Assembly: GCF_006345805.1 (NCBI RefSeq)
Contig: NC_043020.1
Coordinates: 7,626,001 to 7,690,000 of the forward strand
Direction: 5' to 3'
Length of the DNA stretch: 64,000 nucleotides
Source of the DNA: Octopus sinensis
Lineage: Eukaryota
Under the pieces are notes generated by a model. It made no database searches, had not been told where the DNA came from, and worked only from the letters and a program-made list of their open reading frames with translations. Position numbers and translations under genes: made by a program. Of the stretch, positions 60,262-64,000 are shown one piece after another (position 1 is the first letter of the stretch; the number at the start of each line of letters is the position of its first letter).

Positions 60262-61596
60262 GCAGAGATTAGTGACCAAAGAAGGAAAAGGTACGCATAA
60301 GCAGGCTGGTTATGCCCCTGGCATAGGTCACAGGTTATGGTCTCATTTGGCTTGCCGGGTCTTCTCAAGCACAGCATATTTCCAAAAGTCTTGGTCGCTA
60401 GTCATTTCCTTGGTGAGGCCTAATGTTCGAAGGTCGTGTTTCACCACTTCATCCCAGGTCTTCCTGGGTCTACCTCTTCCACAGGTTCCCTCAACCGCTC
60501 GGGTGTTGCACGTTTTCACACAGCTATCCTCATCCATTCTCACCACATGATAATACCAGTGCAGTCATCTCTCTTGCACACCACATCTAATGCTTCTTAG
60601 GTCCAACTTTTCTCTCAAGGTACTTACACTCAGTCGAGTATGCACACTAACATTACACATCCATCGGATCATACTGGCTTCATTCCTTGCAAGCTTACGC
60701 ATGTCCTCAGCATTCACAGCCCATGTTTCACTGCCATGTAGCATGGCTGTTCGTACACAAGTGTCATACAGTCTACCTTTTACTCTGAGTGAGAGGACCT
60801 TTGTCACCTGCAGTGGTAAGAGCTCTCTGAACTTTGCCGAAGCTATTCTTATTCTAGCAGCTACACTTTCAGCGCACTGTGCTCCGCCACTGACTTAGTC
60901 ATCTAGGTAATGGAAGATATCAACTACTTCTAGTTTTTCTCCCTGGAATGTGGCAGAAGTTGGTCTCTGCGCATTTTCAGTGTTTATTGCTCCCGAGCTT
61001 CTGCCACATACAAAAACTATCTTCCCAGTTAGCCTTCCTCTGATATTGCTGCACCTCTTATGTGTCCATAGCATACACTGGGTACATCTTATAGAGTTTC
61101 TACCTATGCCTCTACTACAGATCGAGCAGGGCCATCTGCCTGAAGGGATTTGTGCTTTGTTTGCCTTCCTACTTATTAGGGCTTTGGTTTTAGCTAGGTT
61201 GATTCTAAGGCCTTTCGATTCTAATCCTTGTTTCCACACTTGAAACTTCTCCTCTAGTTCTGATAGTGACTCAGCAATTAGAGCAAGGTCATCAGCATAG
61301 AGGAGCTCCCAGGGGCATCCTGTCTTGAATTCCTTCGTTATTGCCTGGAGGACTATGATAAATAGGAGGGGGCTGAGGACTGAACCTTGGTGGACCCCTA
61401 CCTCTACCCTGAATTCTTCAGTGTACTCGTTGCCAACCTTCACCTTACTTACAGCGTCCCTGTACATGGCTTGCACAGCTCTCACTAACCATCTATCCCT
61501 AGTTTCCTCATTGACCACTAGATAAGGGATCGGGGGGGGGGGGGGCTGTCAAAGGCTTTCTCCATGTCAACGAAAGCCAGGTACAGGGACTTATCT
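60262..61596 (-). mobile_element. RTE-clade LINE, RT domain to 3' UTR, with an internal Cys/His finger
   Basis: LYLAFVDMEKAFD...GVHQGSVLSPLLF...LLYADDLALIAES...WPCSICSRGIGRNSIRCTQCMLWTHKRCS...KGRLYDTCV...GRPRKTWDEVV; a few stops/frameshifts. Confidence 0.95.
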
Positions 61597-62291
61597 TTGG
61601 CTAAGCTTTTTGACTTCTGTTGTTTTGTTATTTTTAATGTTCGATTTGACTATATATATATAAATTTTACCAATCACATATATTTAACATACCAACCTCA
61701 TGTATTTACCGGTAGGTTGTGATTTGGCATATTGGAGAATATTTGAATGTGTGTGTGTGTGTATGTGTTTGTATATTTATATATGTAGTATTGTCAGACG
61801 CAGTGTCACGATGACTCTGACCAAGGATTACAGATTTATGGATTACATTAAGTGTGCAAGCATCCATGGAATACTCGACCACCCATTTTATGTTTTCTTT
61901 TTCTATTTCTACATAGCGATTGGTAAACAATGACATCATTCGTTACAGGTTTCCAGCAATCCAATCTCTGGTTCATTGCATTTCTGACTTAAATGTAGAA
62001 GTTGTTCTGTTGATTGAACAGCTATCGTTGAATTTGACATAAGATCCATTTACTAAGTCTGTAATATACACAGATTAGTGTGGTCTGTGATTTTGGCATT
62101 TGTTCCATACAGCAGTCTGTAAGAATTCTCGCTGTTTGGTCATAGTGGAAGCTTGTGAGTATGTTGAAAAGAAATATAATACTAATTCCCTCTGCTGGTC
62201 CTTTATGAGGCTTTTACTTTGCTTCTTTGAAATGTTGGATTAGCTGTGTCTGAGGATTAAATAGTATTGATGTCTTAGAGGCTACATAGAT

Positions 62292-62329
<38 letters not shown>

Positions 62330-62332
<3 letters not shown>

Positions 62333-62712
62333 TACTTATTTCAGTCATTTGACTGCAGCTATGTTGGAGTGCTACCTTTAAGTCGAGCAAATCGACCCCA
62401 GGACTTATTTGTTGTAAGTCTAGTACTTATTCTATCAGTCTTGCCAAACCATTAAGCTAAGGGGACATAAACAAACCAGCATTGGTTGTCAAGTCAAGTT
62501 GGGGGGACAAACTCAGACACAAACACATACACACATCATACATACATATACACACACACCATGGGCTTCTTTCAGTTTTTTTCTACCAGATCCACTTACA
62601 AGGCCTTAGTCAGCCCGAGGCTATAGTAGAAGACACTCTCCCAAGGTGCCACGTTGTGGGACTGAACCCGGAACCATGTGGTTTGTAAGCAAGCTAATTA
62701 CCACACAGCCAC
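62330..62712 (-). mobile_element. SINE family A
   Basis: Reverse-complement family body. Confidence 0.88.
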
Positions 62713-63355
62713 TTGGACAAACATAAATCTTCATCATTTTAACATCCATTTTTCCATGCTTGCATGTGTCAATAGATATACAAGCATATAGATAGATAGA
62801 TAAAATGATGGGGCTGATCGATAAATAGATGCAGGCATAGATAAACTAACCCACTCATGCACATATATCCATACACTTCATATTCTATATGTTTATATTT
62901 GGAATGTTAGTTAATATTTATTTTCACTTTCGCGTGCACACAAGCACACACACTGACGTATGCATATAAATATGACTCCAATAGTTATTTTCAATTTAGG
63001 TTTTAAATATGTGTTTTGAATGCTTGTGGAACCTAATGCTTTTGCAATATCACCAATTATCAATATTGTGCATTATTTGCATGAAGAGTTATATATATAT
63101 ATATATATATATATATCTTTTTATTTGTATGCATATATATAATGAATGCATGCATGTGTATATGTGGACCCCCCCCATAAAATTATCTATTTATCTATCT
63201 ATCTATGTATATATATATGTATATATGTATGTATGTATATATATGTATATATGTATGTATATATATGTGTATATGTATGTATATATATATATATGTATAT
63301 ATATGTATGTATATATATATTTATATATATATATGTATGTATATATATATTTATA

Positions 63356-63402
<47 letters not shown>

Positions 63403-63469
63403 ATGGTTTTTTTCTGCATATACACATGCATGTATAGAGTGTTGACTTATCATTATGAGATTGTTGGTT

Positions 63470-63885
63470 TAATTTCTGTGTGGTAAGAAGTTTGCCTCTA
63501 CAATCACATGGTTCTGGGTTCAGTCCCACTGAGTGGAACCTTGGGCTAGTGTCTTCTAGTATATTCTTAGGTTGACCAAAGTCTTGTGAGTCGATTTGAT
63601 TGACTGAAACTGAAAGAAACCTATCGTGAGTGCCTGTGTGTATATATATGTGTGTGTGTGTGTCTGTGTCTGTGTTTGTCCCCCACCACTGTTTGATAAC
63701 TGGTGTTGGTGTGTTTATGTTCCCATGAGTAAGTGGTTTGGCAAAAGAGACTGATCTGATGAAATAAGTACAGTTTTGAAAACGAAAGGACTGGGGTCGA
63801 TTTGTTTGACTAAAAAAATTCTTCATGGCTGTGCCCCAGCATGGCCACAGTCTAATGATTGAAATAAGTGCAAGATAAAAGATAC
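63470..63885 (+). mobile_element. SINE family A, older
   Basis: Family body and tail. Confidence 0.85.
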
Positions 63886-64000
63886 ATGTGTGTATATATT
63901 TATAGATGTGTCAGAATGAGTGGTGAATGAGATATTTGACTTAGGAGTTTAGCAATCGAGGGTTTGCATATCTAAAAGAAAGGTGATTGGTGGAAGTCAA

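Noticed and set aside
3917-63560. tRNA genes at SINE heads
   Set aside because: A/B boxes are present but no full cloverleaf, and each continues into a SINE body.
5882-63826. Recurrent peptides such as MPRSGTEPGTMWLVSKLLTT and GWMPFLTPTTP in many ORFs
   Set aside because: Chance frames of SINE A and the RTE 3' UTR, repeated because the repeats are.

Overview
AT-rich, repeat-saturated eukaryotic DNA. The SINE/LINE content and the (TA)n/(TATG)n/(GATA)n microsatellites point to an octopus (coleoid cephalopod) genome; this is inferred from recognised repeat families, not from a database search. Nearly all six-frame ORFs are microsatellite or SINE translation artefacts. Real content: a decayed, near full-length CR1-type LINE ORF2 (endonuclease plus RT, 507-3330, minus) and several CR1 3' stubs; RTE-clade LINE fragments and many copies of their 3' UTR; one R4/Dong-like fragment; at least five tRNA-derived SINE families (some nested, multimeric or in inverted pairs); non-autonomous Helitrons; hAT, mariner and other MITEs with readable TIRs/TSDs; and a ~177-bp satellite. 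The best host-gene signal is a probable first coding exon on + (ATG 33489 to AG|GTAAGT at 33574/33575) followed by a very long intron. The most interesting hidden layer is eight minimal type-I hammerhead-ribozyme-like motifs in Penelope-like element termini. They include a tandem pair 222 nt apart with a compensatory stem-II change (retrozyme/circRNA-like layout) and two families with recurring non-canonical catalytic cores.
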